Below are positions 1-10,210 of a stretch of DNA of 64,000 nt, in pieces. Within the stretch, counting starts at the first letter, position 1, and every line of letters starts with the position of its first letter. The notes under the pieces were generated by a model. It saw nothing but the letters and a program-made list of their open reading frames with translations. It searched no databases and had not been told where the DNA came from. Origin of the DNA: an uncultured Sphingomonas sp. (GTDB lineage Bacteria > Pseudomonadota > Alphaproteobacteria > Sphingomonadales > Sphingomonadaceae); contig CAJYKB010000049.1 in NCBI GenBank assembly GCA_913774925.1, positions 7,496 to 71,495 of the forward strand, written 5' to 3'. The position numbers and the translations under genes were made by a program.

Positions 1-2
1 AG

Positions 3-1268
3 GTCGAACCGGACGATGCCGCGCTGTTCCTGGCCAATGCGCGCGACACGATCGCGCGCTATCGCAACCACCCGTCGATCGTGCTGTGGTTCGGCCGCAA
101 CGAGGGCGTGCCGTACCCGACGCTGAACGAGGGGCTGGACGATGCGGTGTTCCAGCTGGACGGGACGCGCTGGTTCACGGGCAGCAGCAACGTCGTGAAT
201 TTGCAGGGATCGGGGCCGTACAACTACCGCCCGCCGGTGGGCTATTTCACCGATCTCGCCACCGGCTTCTCGGTCGAGACGGGGACGCCATCGCTGTCGA
301 CCGCGGAGTCGATCGCCAGCTACGTCCCCGCGGGCGACCGCTGGCCGCTGGGCGACGTGCTGGCGTATCACGACTGGCATTTCGCGGGGAACGGCGACAC
401 CAAGACGTTCATGCAGACGCTGTCGACGATGTTCGGCCCCGGTCGCGACTTCGCCGATTTCGAGCGCAAGGCGCAGATGATGAACCTGGAAACCCACAAG
501 GCGATGTACGAGGGGTTCCTGGGGCATCTGTGGACCAAGAACTCGGGCCGGCTGCTGTGGATGACGCACCCGGCGTGGCCGTCGAACGCGTGGCAGATCT
601 ATTCGTGGGACTATGACACGCACGCTGCTTACTACGGCGCGAAGAAGGCGACCGAGCCGCTCCACGTCCAGCTGAACCTGCCGGGGAACGAGCTGGTGGT
701 GCTCAACACCACGCAAGTCCCGATGCCGGGGATGCGCGCGACGGTGCGGGTCGTGGGCCTCGACAATCGCGAGCTGTTCACGCGCACCGACACGGTGAAT
801 GCGGCGGCCAATGCCGCGACGCAGCTGGCGGCGGTGCCGCTCGACACGCTGTTCGCGGCGAACCCGATGGTGCTGGTGAGCCTGAAGCTGACGGACGCCG
901 CGGGGAAGCCGGTGTCGGAGAACTTCTACTGGCGCGGGCGCGATGTCGCGGCGTACCGCGCGCTCGATACGCTGGCGCCGGCGACGCTGACTGCGACCGC
1001 AGCGGCACCGACGACGGAGGGTGTGGACAGGGTTGTCGCAGTGACGCTCGCGAATACCGGCACGGTCCCGGCGCTCAACGCGAAGCTGACGCTGGTCGAT
1101 GGCGCGGGGAAGCGGATCCTGCCCGCCTTCTACAGCGACAATTACGTCGCGCTGCTGCCGGGCGAAAGCAAGGTGGTGACGGTGCGCTATCCCGCGAGCG
1201 TCTCTGCGACGCCCGCGTTCACGTTGCGCGGGTGGAACGTGCCCGAGGCGAAGGTCGCGACGCGATGA
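3..1268 (+). CDS. Glycoside hydrolase family 2 (beta-mannosidase/exo-beta-glucosaminidase-like), 5'-truncated by window
   Basis: The frame is open from position 3 and reads ...IARYRNHPSIVLWFGRNE, the GH2 acid/base motif. It also has SVETG and WQIYSWDY segments and a C-terminal Ig-like domain (YSDNYVALLPGE). Confidence 0.85.
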   Translation, partial: VEPDDAALFLANARDTIARYRNHPSIVLWFGRNEGVPYPTLNEGLDDAVFQLDGTRWFTGSSNVVNLQGSGPYNYRPPVGYFTDLATGFSVETGTPSLSTAESIASYVPAGDRWPLGDVLAYHDWHFAGNGDTKTFMQTLSTMFGPGRDFADFERKAQMMNLETHKAMYEGFLGHLWTKNSGRLLWMTHPAWPSNAWQIYSWDYDTHAAYYGAKKATEPLHVQLNLPGNELVVLNTTQVPMPGMRATVRVVGLDNRELFTRTDTVNAAANAATQLAAVPLDTLFAANPMVLVSLKLTDAAGKPVSENFYWRGRDVAAYRALDTLAPATLTATAAAPTTEGVDRVVAVTLANTGTVPALNAKLTLVDGAGKRILPAFYSDNYVALLPGESKVVTVRYPASVSATPAFTLRGWNVPEAKVATR

Positions 1269-2686
1269 TCGCGGCTCTGCTCGCCGCGGTGCTGGCGTCG
1301 GCCGCGCCGGTCGCGGCGACCGAGGCTGGGCAGGTGAGGGGGACCACGGCGGCGGGGCATGTCGTGTTCCGTGGTATCCCCTTCGCCGCCGCGCCGGTGG
1401 CGGAGCGGCGCTGGGCGCCGCCCGCCGCGCCGGTGCGGTGGAAGGGGGTGCGGGATGCGACCGCCGCCGCCAATAGCTGTGCGCAGGCCGACTATGGCTG
1501 GAACCACGGCGATTATGCGTTCCAGTCGGAGGATTGCCTGACGCTGGACGTCGGCACGACGTCGCTGACGGGCAGGCGGCCGGTGCTGGTGTGGATCCAC
1601 GGCGGGGGCAATTACGCCGGGTCGCCGGGGGACATGGTCGAGTCGGCGATGGTCGACCAAGGCATCGTCGTCGTCGCGGTGCGCTATCGGCTCGGCGCGC
1701 TGGGCTTCCTGCACCGGCGCGACGGCAGCGGCGGTAATCTGGGCGTACAGGACCAGATCGCGGCGCTGCGCTGGGTGAAGGCGAACGTCGCGCGGTTCGG
1801 GGGCGACCCGGACATGGTGACGATCGCTGGGGAGAGCGCGGGCGCGCAGGATGTCGGCGTGCTGATCGCCGCGCCCGCCGCGCGCGGGCTGTTCCGCCGC
1901 GCGATCATGGGCAGCGGCACGCCCGGCTTCGGGCTGCCGTGGCGCACGCGCGAGGAGGCGTGGCGGATGGGCGACCAGTTCGACGCGCTGATGAAGGTCG
2001 CGCCCGCCGATCTGCGCCGCGCCGCGCCCAACGCAGTGATCGCGGCGGGGGAGCAGCTGCACGACCATGTCCTGACCGGGGACGATTACCGCTGGCTGCG
2101 CACCACGATCGACGGCGCGGTGCTGCCCGATACGCCGGAGCTGCTGCTCGCGGCGCGCCCGGGGATCGACCTGCTGATCGGGACCGATCGGTTCGAGCTG
2201 GACCTGCCCGGCGGGCGGACGCGGCGCGATGTCTTCGTCGCCACCGCGTTTGGCGCGAACGAGGCCAGGGCCCGGGCTTTCTATCGGCTCGACGAACCCG
2301 ACCTGGCGCCTGACCCGCGGATGGGCACGCGCGACCAGCAGATCGCGACCGATGCGACCTTCCGCTGCCCGGCGCAGCGTATGGCGCGGCTAATCGCGGA
2401 CAAGGGCGGCAAGGTGTGGTCCTACGAATTCGACGAGGCGCCCGACGGGCCGATGACGCATCACGCCGCGGAGATGTCCTATATCTACGGCGACAAGCGG
2501 CTCGGCGCGCTCCACCTGATGGACTATTGGGCGAGCTTCGTGAAGACGGGCGACCCCAATGGCGGGGCGCTGCCGACGTGGCCCGGCTATGGCGCAGATG
2601 GTGCCTATCTGGCGCTCGACGCGACCGGGGCGCGGCCGGGGAGCGGGTTGCGCAAGGACATCTGCCAATGGACGGACAGGCTATGA
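1265..2686 (+). CDS. Type-B carboxylesterase, secreted
   Basis: ATGA overlap with the GH2 stop; signal peptide; FRGIPFA, SEDCL, WIHGGG, GESAG nucleophile elbow, FVKTGDPN. Confidence 0.9.
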   Translation: MIAALLAAVLASAAPVAATEAGQVRGTTAAGHVVFRGIPFAAAPVAERRWAPPAAPVRWKGVRDATAAANSCAQADYGWNHGDYAFQSEDCLTLDVGTTSLTGRRPVLVWIHGGGNYAGSPGDMVESAMVDQGIVVVAVRYRLGALGFLHRRDGSGGNLGVQDQIAALRWVKANVARFGGDPDMVTIAGESAGAQDVGVLIAAPAARGLFRRAIMGSGTPGFGLPWRTREEAWRMGDQFDALMKVAPADLRRAAPNAVIAAGEQLHDHVLTGDDYRWLRTTIDGAVLPDTPELLLAARPGIDLLIGTDRFELDLPGGRTRRDVFVATAFGANEARARAFYRLDEPDLAPDPRMGTRDQQIATDATFRCPAQRMARLIADKGGKVWSYEFDEAPDGPMTHHAAEMSYIYGDKRLGALHLMDYWASFVKTGDPNGGALPTWPGYGADGAYLALDATGARPGSGLRKDICQWTDRL

Positions 2687-3393
2687 TCGATCGACGTACT
2701 TTGTTCGGCGCGGCGGCACTCGCGGGTCTGGCCGCGACCACCGCGGCGCGCGCCGATGACGCGGCCGATGCGCGGCTGAAGACCGACTGGCCGTGGCTGG
2801 GGCGCTATGCGGAGGACAACAGGCGGCTGATCGCCTCGGGCGCGCGCACTGGCATCGTCTTCATGGGCGATTCGATCACGCAGGGGTGGATCGACAAGCG
2901 GCCGGCGTTCTTCACCGCGGGACGCGTCGATCGCGGGATCGGCGGACAGACCACGCCGCAGATGCTGTGCCGCATGATGGCGGACGTGGTCGCGCTGGAG
3001 CCGAAGGTGATGCACCTGATGGCGGGGACCAACGACATCGCGGGCAACACGGGGCCGATGACGCTGGCGCAGACGCAGGACAATCTGCTCGCGATGGTGC
3101 AGCTGGCGCGCGCGAACGGGATCACGGTCCTGATCGCGTCGGTGCCGCCGGCGGCGAACTTCCCGTGGCGCCCGGGGCTCGACGTGCTGACCCCGACCCG
3201 CGCGATCAACAACTGGCTGGCGCTGATCGCGCCGGCGATGGGGGCGACGTTCGTCGACTATACCCCGGCGCTGGCGGATGCGGCGGGCGCGATGAAGCCG
3301 GGGCTGGCGTCCGATGGCGTCCACCCGACCGCGGAAGGGTATGACGCGATGGCGCGCGTGCTGTCCCCGGTGCTGGCGCGGCTGGGTGTCTGA
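2683..3393 (+). CDS. SGNH/GDSL hydrolase (esterase) with Tat signal
   Basis: ATGA overlap; IDRRTLFG twin-arginine leader; blocks GDSIT, GIGGQTT, GTNDI, DGVHP. Confidence 0.9.
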   Translation: MIDRRTLFGAAALAGLAATTAARADDAADARLKTDWPWLGRYAEDNRRLIASGARTGIVFMGDSITQGWIDKRPAFFTAGRVDRGIGGQTTPQMLCRMMADVVALEPKVMHLMAGTNDIAGNTGPMTLAQTQDNLLAMVQLARANGITVLIASVPPAANFPWRPGLDVLTPTRAINNWLALIAPAMGATFVDYTPALADAAGAMKPGLASDGVHPTAEGYDAMARVLSPVLARLGV

Positions 3394-3790
3394 TCGCGAG
3401 GCACAGCGCGCGGCCGACCGCGAACGCCGCGCACAGGAACGCATCGCCGCCGCCGAGGCGCGCACCGCGCGCCGGCAGGAGGAGCGCGAGGCGGGGATGC
3501 GCTCACGCGAAGAGGCGCGCGAGGCGCGTCGTGCCGAGGAAGACCAGCGGCGCAGCGCCAGGGTGGAGGAACGTGACGCACGGCCGAAACGGCGCGCCGC
3601 GACGGGCGCATTGTCGCGCACGGGCGAGGCGCGGGTCGAGCGCGACGTGCGCAGCTATACGACGAACGTCGACCACGGACGGATGGTGGAACTGGCGCGG
3701 CGCGGGGCGACGGTGGCCGGGCTGGCGACGGTGTTCGGGGTGAGCGAGGAAGCGGTGCGCGCGGTGCTGGCGTCGGCGGAGGACGCCTGA
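3386..3790 (+). CDS. Hypothetical protein: E/R/A-rich helix plus C-terminal HTH-like segment
   Basis: GTG start overlapping the end of the SGNH gene; GC-rich codon pattern; C-terminal GATVAGLATVFGVSEEAVRAVL. Confidence 0.6.
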   Translation: MSDREAQRAADRERRAQERIAAAEARTARRQEEREAGMRSREEAREARRAEEDQRRSARVEERDARPKRRAATGALSRTGEARVERDVRSYTTNVDHGRMVELARRGATVAGLATVFGVSEEAVRAVLASAEDA

Positions 3791-3867
3791 CGTCTCCGGC
3801 TGCCGTGGGTACGGTACGCGGCTGGTAACGCGCCTGGTGGCGGAGCAGCGACCATGCGTCACCCCTG

Positions 3868-3959
3868 CCGTGCTCCTGCGAAGGCAGGAGCCCAGGGTCC
3901 GGCAGAGCCACGCTGATTGGGACACGTAACCCTGGGCTCCTGCCTGCGCAGGAGCACGG
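3868..3959. repeat. ~92-bp palindromic REPIN/MITE-like element, family A copy 1
   Basis: Arms CCGTGCTCCTGCGAAGGCAGGAGCCCAGGGT and ACCCTGGGCTCCTGCCTGCGCAGGAGCACGG around a 30-nt core; lies between convergent genes. Confidence 0.9.
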
Positions 3960-4020
3960 TGGCGGTTGAGGACGAATGGCGTGCCGGCGTCGCTTTCGAG
4001 ACGCGGGCACGCCGGAGACA

Positions 4021-5454
4021 TCAGGCCGCCACCGGCGCCTTCTTCTTCCGCACGATGGTCTGGGCGTTGGTATATTCCAGCAGGCCTTCGACGCCGCCCT
4101 CGACGCCGACGCCCGACTGCTTCATTCCCCCGAACGCCGCCATCGGCGACAGGTGCTGCGTTTCGTTGATCCAGACGGTGCCGCTGGCGATGCGCTGCGC
4201 GATCTCCATCGCCTTGTCCTCGTCATTGCCCCAGACCGAGCCGCCGAGCCCGTAATCGGTAGCGTTGGCGCGGCGCACGACGTCCTCCACATCGTCGAAC
4301 TTCAGCAGCGGCAGGACCGGACCGAACTGCTCCTCCTGGACGATGCGGCTGTCCTCGGGCGGGTTGTCGAGGATGGTGACGGGGACGAAATAGCCCGGCA
4401 CGTCCGCCTTCTCGCCGCCGATCAGGAAGTCGTAGCCGTTGTCCTTCGCATCCTGGATCAGATCGAGCACGCGGTCGTATTGCGGCTTGTTCTGGATCGG
4501 GCCGATCTGCGTGCCCTGCTCCGCGCCGTCGCCGACCTTCACGGTCTTCGCATAGGCGACCAGTGCCTCCTTCAGCGGCTCGTACACGTCCTTGTGGACG
4601 TACATGCGCTTGGTCGCGATGCAGATCTGGCCGTTGTTGCGGAACGCGGCCCAGAACAGCTCCTCCGCCACCTTTTCCACGTCGACGTCGGGCATCACGA
4701 TCGCGGCGTCGTTGCCGCCCAGCTCCAGCGTGACGCGCTTCAGAGTCGGCGCGGCGGACTGCATCACACGCTTGCCGGTGGCGGTGGAGCCGGTGAAGCT
4801 GATCTTGTCGAAGCCGGGATGGCTGGTCATCCACGGACCCAGATCGTCGCCCCCGGTAACGATGTTGAGCACGCCCGCGGGCAGGATGCCGGCGGCGATC
4901 TCGCCGAATTTCAGCGTGGTCAGCGGGGTGAACGGCGAGGGCTTGAGCACCATCGTGTTGCCCGCGAGCAGCGCCGGGCCGACCTTGAACATGGCCAGGA
5001 TCATCGGGAAATTCCACGGCGAGATCGCGCCGACCACGCCCAGCGGCACGTGGCGCGTCTCGCTGTAGCGATCGGCCGAATCCTCGTTGACGGTCACCGG
5101 CAGGTCGAGCTGCGACGCGCCCATCAGCCAGTAGCCGGCGCCCATCACCTCGCCCTGCGCCTCGGCATGCGGCTTGCCCTGTTCCTGCGTCAGCAGCCGC
5201 ATGAACGAATCCGCCTGCGCCATCACCGCCTGGCCCAGCGCCATCAGCTTCGCCTTGCGCTCGGCGATCGGGGTCGCGGCCCAGCCGGGAAAGGCGGCGC
5301 GGGCGGCGTCGACGGCACGGTCCAGATCCTCGCGCGTGGCGTCGGGCACCTGCGCGATCACTTCCTCGGTCGCGGGATTGACGACGTCGAAGGTCGCCGT
5401 GCCGCGCACGCGCTCGCCACCGATCAGCATCGCATAATCATCGTCGAACGTCAT
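4021..5454 (-). CDS. NAD(P)-dependent aldehyde dehydrogenase
   Basis: PWNFP, FTGSTATG, LELGGND, NNGQIC (catalytic Cys), EEQFGP, FGGMKQSG. Confidence 0.95.
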   Translation of the reverse strand: MTFDDDYAMLIGGERVRGTATFDVVNPATEEVIAQVPDATREDLDRAVDAARAAFPGWAATPIAERKAKLMALGQAVMAQADSFMRLLTQEQGKPHAEAQGEVMGAGYWLMGASQLDLPVTVNEDSADRYSETRHVPLGVVGAISPWNFPMILAMFKVGPALLAGNTMVLKPSPFTPLTTLKFGEIAAGILPAGVLNIVTGGDDLGPWMTSHPGFDKISFTGSTATGKRVMQSAAPTLKRVTLELGGNDAAIVMPDVDVEKVAEELFWAAFRNNGQICIATKRMYVHKDVYEPLKEALVAYAKTVKVGDGAEQGTQIGPIQNKPQYDRVLDLIQDAKDNGYDFLIGGEKADVPGYFVPVTILDNPPEDSRIVQEEQFGPVLPLLKFDDVEDVVRRANATDYGLGGSVWGNDEDKAMEIAQRIASGTVWINETQHLSPMAAFGGMKQSGVGVEGGVEGLLEYTNAQTIVRKKKAPVAA

Positions 5455-5697
5455 CGCATCGCTCTCCAGCAGGCCGTTGTCTTGGCTACGGCATAACAGA
5501 AGTCATGGTGGCCGCGCCAGAGGGGGCCATGGCCGCTTCCTGCGCCGATTCCGGCATAATCCTGCGCCCGCGGGGTCCATGCCGCAACGACGGGCAACGT
5601 GTCATTTCATCTCCGGACAGAAACCGCCTTGGCGACCGGCGCGCGCGCGGGCAACAGTCCACGGACGGTTCGTCACGCCGCAACGAGGATCGCGATC

Positions 5698-7032
5698 ATG
5701 GCCCATTTCTCCCCTGCCGATGCCCCCCCGGTCGCGGCGCGGCCGTGGTATCGGCACCTGTACGTCCAGGTGCTGGTCGCGATCGTCGCGGGTGTGCTGC
5801 TGGGCCATTTCGCACCGGCCACGGGCGAGGCGCTGAAGCCGCTGGGCGACGGCTTCATCAAGCTGGTGAAGATGATCATCGCGCCCGTCATCTTCCTGAC
5901 GATCGTCACCGGGATCGCCGGCATGCGCGACCTGGCCGCGGTGGGACGCGTCGCGGCGAAGGCGTTCGGCTATTTCCTCTTCTTCTCGACGCTGGCGCTG
6001 GTCGTGGGGCTGGTGGTCGCCAATGTCGTGCGGCCGGGCGCGGGGCTGAACATCGATCCCGCGACACTGGATGCGGGCAAGGTCGCCGATTACGCCGCCA
6101 AGGCGCACGACAGCACGCTGACCGGCTTCCTGCTGGGCGTCATCCCCGACAGTTTCCTGTCGGGTCTCGCCGGGGGCAACATCCTCCAGACGCTGTTCGT
6201 CGCGATCCTGTTCGGCATCGGCCTCGCCATGATCGGCGAGCGCGGCACGCGCGTGCTGCATGCGCTGGAGGATCTGTCGCTGGCGGTGTTCAAGGTCGTC
6301 GCGATCCTGATGAAGGCGGCGCCGATCGGCGCGTTCGGCGCGATGGCGTTCACGATCGGCAAATACGGCGTCGGCACGCTGGCCAACCTCGCTGCACTGG
6401 TCGGCACCTTCTATCTCACCTCGCTGCTGTTCGTCATCGTCGTGCTGGGCGCGGTGGCGCGGCTGTGCGGCTTCTCCATCCTGAAGCTGATCGCGTATCT
6501 GAAGGCGGAATTGCTGCTGGTGCTGGGCACGTCGTCGTCGGAGAGCGCGCTGCCGAGCCTGATCGAGAAGATGGAGCGCGCAGGCTGCCCGAAGTCGATC
6601 GTCGGACTGGTCGTGCCGACGGGCTATTCGTTCAACCTGGACGGCACGAACATCTACATGACGCTGGCGGCGCTGTTCATCGCGCAGGCGTGCAACGTCG
6701 AGCTGTCGCTGGGGCAGCAACTGCTGCTGCTCGGCGTGGCGATGCTGTCGTCGAAGGGGGCGGCGGGGGTGACCGGCGCGGGGTTCATCACGCTGGCCGC
6801 GACGCTGTCGATCGTCCCCAGCGTGCCGGTCGCGGGCATGGCGTTGATCCTGGGTGTCGACCGCTTCATGAGCGAGTGCCGCAGCCTGACCAACTTCATC
6901 GGCAATGCCGTCGCCACCGTCGTCGTCTCGCGCTGGGAAGGGAAGCTGGACCGGGCGCAGTTCGAGGCGGCGCTGGCGGGGCAGGCGCTGCGGGTCGATC
7001 AGCGCGAGGCTGATGCGGTGTCGGCCGGTTGA
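5698..7032 (+). CDS. dctA: C4-dicarboxylate:cation symporter DctA
   Basis: [56 protein letters not shown]; GAGGA RBS upstream of ATG 5698. Confidence 0.93.
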   Translation: MAHFSPADAPPVAARPWYRHLYVQVLVAIVAGVLLGHFAPATGEALKPLGDGFIKLVKMIIAPVIFLTIVTGIAGMRDLAAVGRVAAKAFGYFLFFSTLALVVGLVVANVVRPGAGLNIDPATLDAGKVADYAAKAHDSTLTGFLLGVIPDSFLSGLAGGNILQTLFVAILFGIGLAMIGERGTRVLHALEDLSLAVFKVVAILMKAAPIGAFGAMAFTIGKYGVGTLANLAALVGTFYLTSLLFVIVVLGAVARLCGFSILKLIAYLKAELLLVLGTSSSESALPSLIEKMERAGCPKSIVGLVVPTGYSFNLDGTNIYMTLAALFIAQACNVELSLGQQLLLLGVAMLSSKGAAGVTGAGFITLAATLSIVPSVPVAGMALILGVDRFMSECRSLTNFIGNAVATVVVSRWEGKLDRAQFEAALAGQALRVDQREADAVSAG

Positions 7033-7037
7033 CGCGC

Positions 7038-8528
7038 ATGACGATGACGGCGACCCGCGCCGCGTGCGCCACCGTGGCGCTCGTGCTGGCGAATGCCGCG
7101 GCGGCGCAGCAGGTCGCGCCCAGCGAGGCGGGCGGCACGCGCAATCCCGCGACGCCGACCGTCACCTCCTATCCGCAGGCGGCGGCGGGGGACGGCGCCA
7201 ACACCAACGGCTTCAACCTGTCGCGCTGGGCGGAGGACTGGAGCGCGCTGCGCGATCCGGCGAAGCGGCGCGATGCGCTCGACGCGCTGAAGTTCATCCC
7301 GGCGGACGATGACGGCGACGTCTATGTCACGCTGTCGGGCGAGGCGCGGGCGCGCGTCAACCTGACCACCAACCCCAGCCTGCGCGAGACGCGCGCGCAG
7401 CGGCAGGACATCCGCCGGCTGGTGCTGGGCGCGGACCTGCACGTCGGACCGCACCTGCGCGGGTTCGTGGAGGTGGCGCACGGCGGCATCTCCGGCGTCG
7501 CGCTGGGGGCGCCGGCGGCGACGCTGCGCAACGACCTGGTGGTGCAGCAGGCGTTCGCCGAGGTGGACGCGGAGGTCGCGGGTGCGGAGGTCGGCGTGCG
7601 CTATGGCCGGCAGGAATTCACCGACGGCCCGAACCTGCTGGTGTCGCAGCGCGACAATAACACCATCCGCTACACGCTGAACGGCTGGCGCGGGTGGGCG
7701 CGCAGCGCGACGATGCGGATCGACCTGTTCGACCTGAAGCCGACGCAATACGGGGACCTGGGCGCGGACGACGACGTGATCGACCCTGCGCGGCGCTTCT
7801 CCGGCATGACGCTGGGGCTGGTCGTGCCTGGCGCGTGGCTGGGTGGATCGAAGCTGTATTTCGATCCCTTCCTGTGGCGGCGGCGCAATGCGGTCGGCGC
7901 CTGGGGCGGGCGGATCGGGCCGGCGACGCGCTATTATGCCGGCGCGCGGCTGTGGGGCGAGGCGGGGCGCTGGACGATCGACTGGTCGGCGAACCGCCAA
8001 TGGGGGACGTACATCGACCAGCGCATCGACGCGTGGCAGGTGTTCATGGCGCAGACCTATCGCCTGGGCGCGTCGCCGCGGGGCGTGCGCGTCGGCCTCC
8101 ACGCCGATTATGCGAGCGGCGGAGGCGGATACGGCGACGGCACGCTGCGCAATGCCTATGCCCCGTTCGGAAACAACATCTACTATAGCTACGGGCTGTT
8201 CCTGACGCCGTCGAACCTGATCGCGGTGGCGCCCAACGTCACCGTATCGCCCACGAAGGCGCTGCGCGTGACGGCGGAGTATCAGCTGGCGTGGCGCGAC
8301 GACGTGCGCGACGCGGTCTATCGCGCCAACGGCCAGCCGTTCGCGGGAACGCAGAACGTGCGCGATGCGAAGATCGCGGACGTCGCGCGGTTGCAGGCGA
8401 TCTGGTCGATCTCGCCGCGGCTGTCGGTGACGGGGCGATACGAGCATTTCGCCGCGGGACCGTCGCTGACGCAGGCGGGCTATCGCAGCTCCGACTTCAT
8501 GGCGGGGTGGATCAGCTTCCGCTTCTGA
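7038..8528 (+). CDS. Alginate-export (AlgE-like) outer-membrane beta-barrel
   Basis: Signal peptide; SRWAEDWS..LKFIP, LVVQQAF, GRQEF motifs; C-terminal aromatic Phe (ISFRF). Alternative TTG start at 7029. Confidence 0.75.
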   Translation: MTMTATRAACATVALVLANAAAAQQVAPSEAGGTRNPATPTVTSYPQAAAGDGANTNGFNLSRWAEDWSALRDPAKRRDALDALKFIPADDDGDVYVTLSGEARARVNLTTNPSLRETRAQRQDIRRLVLGADLHVGPHLRGFVEVAHGGISGVALGAPAATLRNDLVVQQAFAEVDAEVAGAEVGVRYGRQEFTDGPNLLVSQRDNNTIRYTLNGWRGWARSATMRIDLFDLKPTQYGDLGADDDVIDPARRFSGMTLGLVVPGAWLGGSKLYFDPFLWRRRNAVGAWGGRIGPATRYYAGARLWGEAGRWTIDWSANRQWGTYIDQRIDAWQVFMAQTYRLGASPRGVRVGLHADYASGGGGYGDGTLRNAYAPFGNNIYYSYGLFLTPSNLIAVAPNVTVSPTKALRVTAEYQLAWRDDVRDAVYRANGQPFAGTQNVRDAKIADVARLQAIWSISPRLSVTGRYEHFAAGPSLTQAGYRSSDFMAGWISFRF

Positions 8529-8534
8529 CGCGGT

Positions 8535-9524
8535 TCAGGTCGAGGCGCGGACGATCAGTTCGGGCGGGATGATCGCGGACGGCGCGTCCTCGCCGCCGAT
8601 GCGGCGCAGCAGCCGGTCGACCATCAGCGTGGAGCCCTGTTCCAGATCCTGCCGGATGGTGGTAAGCGGGGGCGACATCTGCGCGGCGAGCGTGACGTCG
8701 TCGAACCCGACGACGGACAGGTCGCCGGGGACCGTCAGCCCCGCCGCGGCCGCGGCGCGCATCACGCTCATCGCGGCGACATCGGACGCGGCGAAGATGC
8801 CGTCCGGGGCATCGCCCGCGGCGAGCCGCGCGGCGGCGCTGGCATGGACCGCATCCGGCTCCATCGCACTGGCCAGCAGCTCGGGCTCGACGCCGCGCGC
8901 GCGTGCCGCTTCGCGAAAGCCGGTCCAACGGTCGGCGAACTCGGGCGGGGCGGGGTCGCCGACGAACAGCAGGCGGCGGCGCCCGCGCTCCAGCAGATGC
9001 GCCGCGGCGAGCGCGCCGCCCGCGACATTGTCGGTCCCGATCGTGACATGGCGCTGCCCGGGGCGGTTCGACCCCCAGACGACGAGCGGGCGATAGCGCT
9101 CCGCGGTCCGCTCGATCGCGTCATACTGGTCCGACTGGCCGATCAGCAGCAACCCGTCGATCCGCCCGCCGTCGACCAGATGCTTCAGCCAGTCCGACCC
9201 GTCGGGCAGCACGCGCGAAAGCAGGATGTCGTAGCCGCGCTCCACCAGCAGGTCGGCCAGGAACCCCAGCAGCGACAGGAAGAAGGGGTCGGTCAGGTGC
9301 TGCCGCCGTGCGTGCCCCAGCGGCATCGCTAGCCCGATCGCGCCGGTGCTGCGCATCCGCAGGTTGCGCGCCAGCTGATTGGGGCGGACGTCGTGCTCGC
9401 GCGCGAGCGCCACGATCCGCTCCTGCGTCGCCTTGCTGACGGCGGGATGGCCCGACAGCGCACGCGACACCGTGGCAGTGGAGACGCCCGCGATCGCGGC
9501 GAGATCGGCCAGTTTCATCGGCAT
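8535..9524 (-). CDS. LacI-family transcriptional regulator
   Basis: HTH LADLAAIAGVSTATVSRAL; VPGDLSVVGFDD; PPLTTIRQD; PELIVRAS. Confidence 0.95.
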   Translation of the reverse strand: MPMKLADLAAIAGVSTATVSRALSGHPAVSKATQERIVALAREHDVRPNQLARNLRMRSTGAIGLAMPLGHARRQHLTDPFFLSLLGFLADLLVERGYDILLSRVLPDGSDWLKHLVDGGRIDGLLLIGQSDQYDAIERTAERYRPLVVWGSNRPGQRHVTIGTDNVAGGALAAAHLLERGRRRLLFVGDPAPPEFADRWTGFREAARARGVEPELLASAMEPDAVHASAAARLAAGDAPDGIFAASDVAAMSVMRAAAAAGLTVPGDLSVVGFDDVTLAAQMSPPLTTIRQDLEQGSTLMVDRLLRRIGGEDAPSAIIPPELIVRAST

Positions 9525-9745
9525 GGTGCACCCTCCCTATCGCGGACGGTCGCGCGGAGCGAGAAATATGCACAGCCGGTGCCACCGCGCGCCGAATGAT
9601 CCGCCCGCCGGCTGCGTCACCGGGCCGATCGCGCCGATATTCCGATCCATGGTCGAGGACGACTATTTTATAACCACTTGAAAGACCGGGCAATTATCGC
9701 CGAAGTCCTCGCCAAAGGGATGAATGACACCCGCGCAGAGCGCAG

Positions 9746-9762
9746 GGTTAATCTATGTTTCA
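9746..9762 (-). promoter_or_regulatory. Putative CtrA-like box upstream of che operon
   Basis: Minus strand reads TGAA-N7-TTAACC, one mismatch from TTAA-N7-TTAAC, in an AT-rich intergenic patch. Confidence 0.45.
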
Positions 9763-9895
9763 TTTGTTCCGGGTACATCCTCCGACCAAGGCAAGGGCGG
9801 GCGCAGACCGAGGACTGTCCACCGTCCGCCAGTGGGGTTCGACCATCGTCGCGGCGTACCCGCGACGGCGGTTTCACATCAAAGGGAGCGACAAG

Positions 9896-10210
9896 ATGCC
9901 GATCACTACGGTGACCGCAGCAGAGGATCTGTGCCTGCCGACCATCGGGGCGCTGGCCACGACGCTGCGGGACACGCTGGCCACTGGCACCTCGGTGCGG
10001 CTGGACCTGTCCGGCGTCGCGGCGCCGGACCTAAGCGTGCTGCAACTGGTGCAGTCCGCGCGCGCCACGGCGGCGCAGTCCGGCGGCACGCTGGCGCTGG
10101 CGACGCCCGCCAACGCCACGCTGCGCGCGCTGCTCGTCCGCGCCGGCTTCATGACACGGCTGTCCCCCGACGACAGCGAATTCTGGTTCCACGGAGACAC
10201 CGCGCAATGA
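9896..10210 (+). CDS. STAS-domain protein of chemosensory operon
   Basis: VRLDLSGVAAPDLSVLQLVQSA; GGGAG RBS; first gene before cheY. Confidence 0.8.
   Translation: MPITTVTAAEDLCLPTIGALATTLRDTLATGTSVRLDLSGVAAPDLSVLQLVQSARATAAQSGGTLALATPANATLRALLVRAGFMTRLSPDDSEFWFHGDTAQ

Noticed and set aside
5455-5697. Sigma54 promoter for dctA
   Set aside because: No convincing TGGCAC-N5-TTGC was found.
7038-8528. Alginate biosynthesis locus
   Set aside because: Only the porin is present; there are no polymerase, epimerase or acetylation genes.
9525-9895. c-di-GMP riboswitch ahead of the che operon
   Set aside because: I could not see the conserved class I/II elements by eye; an Infernal search would be needed.
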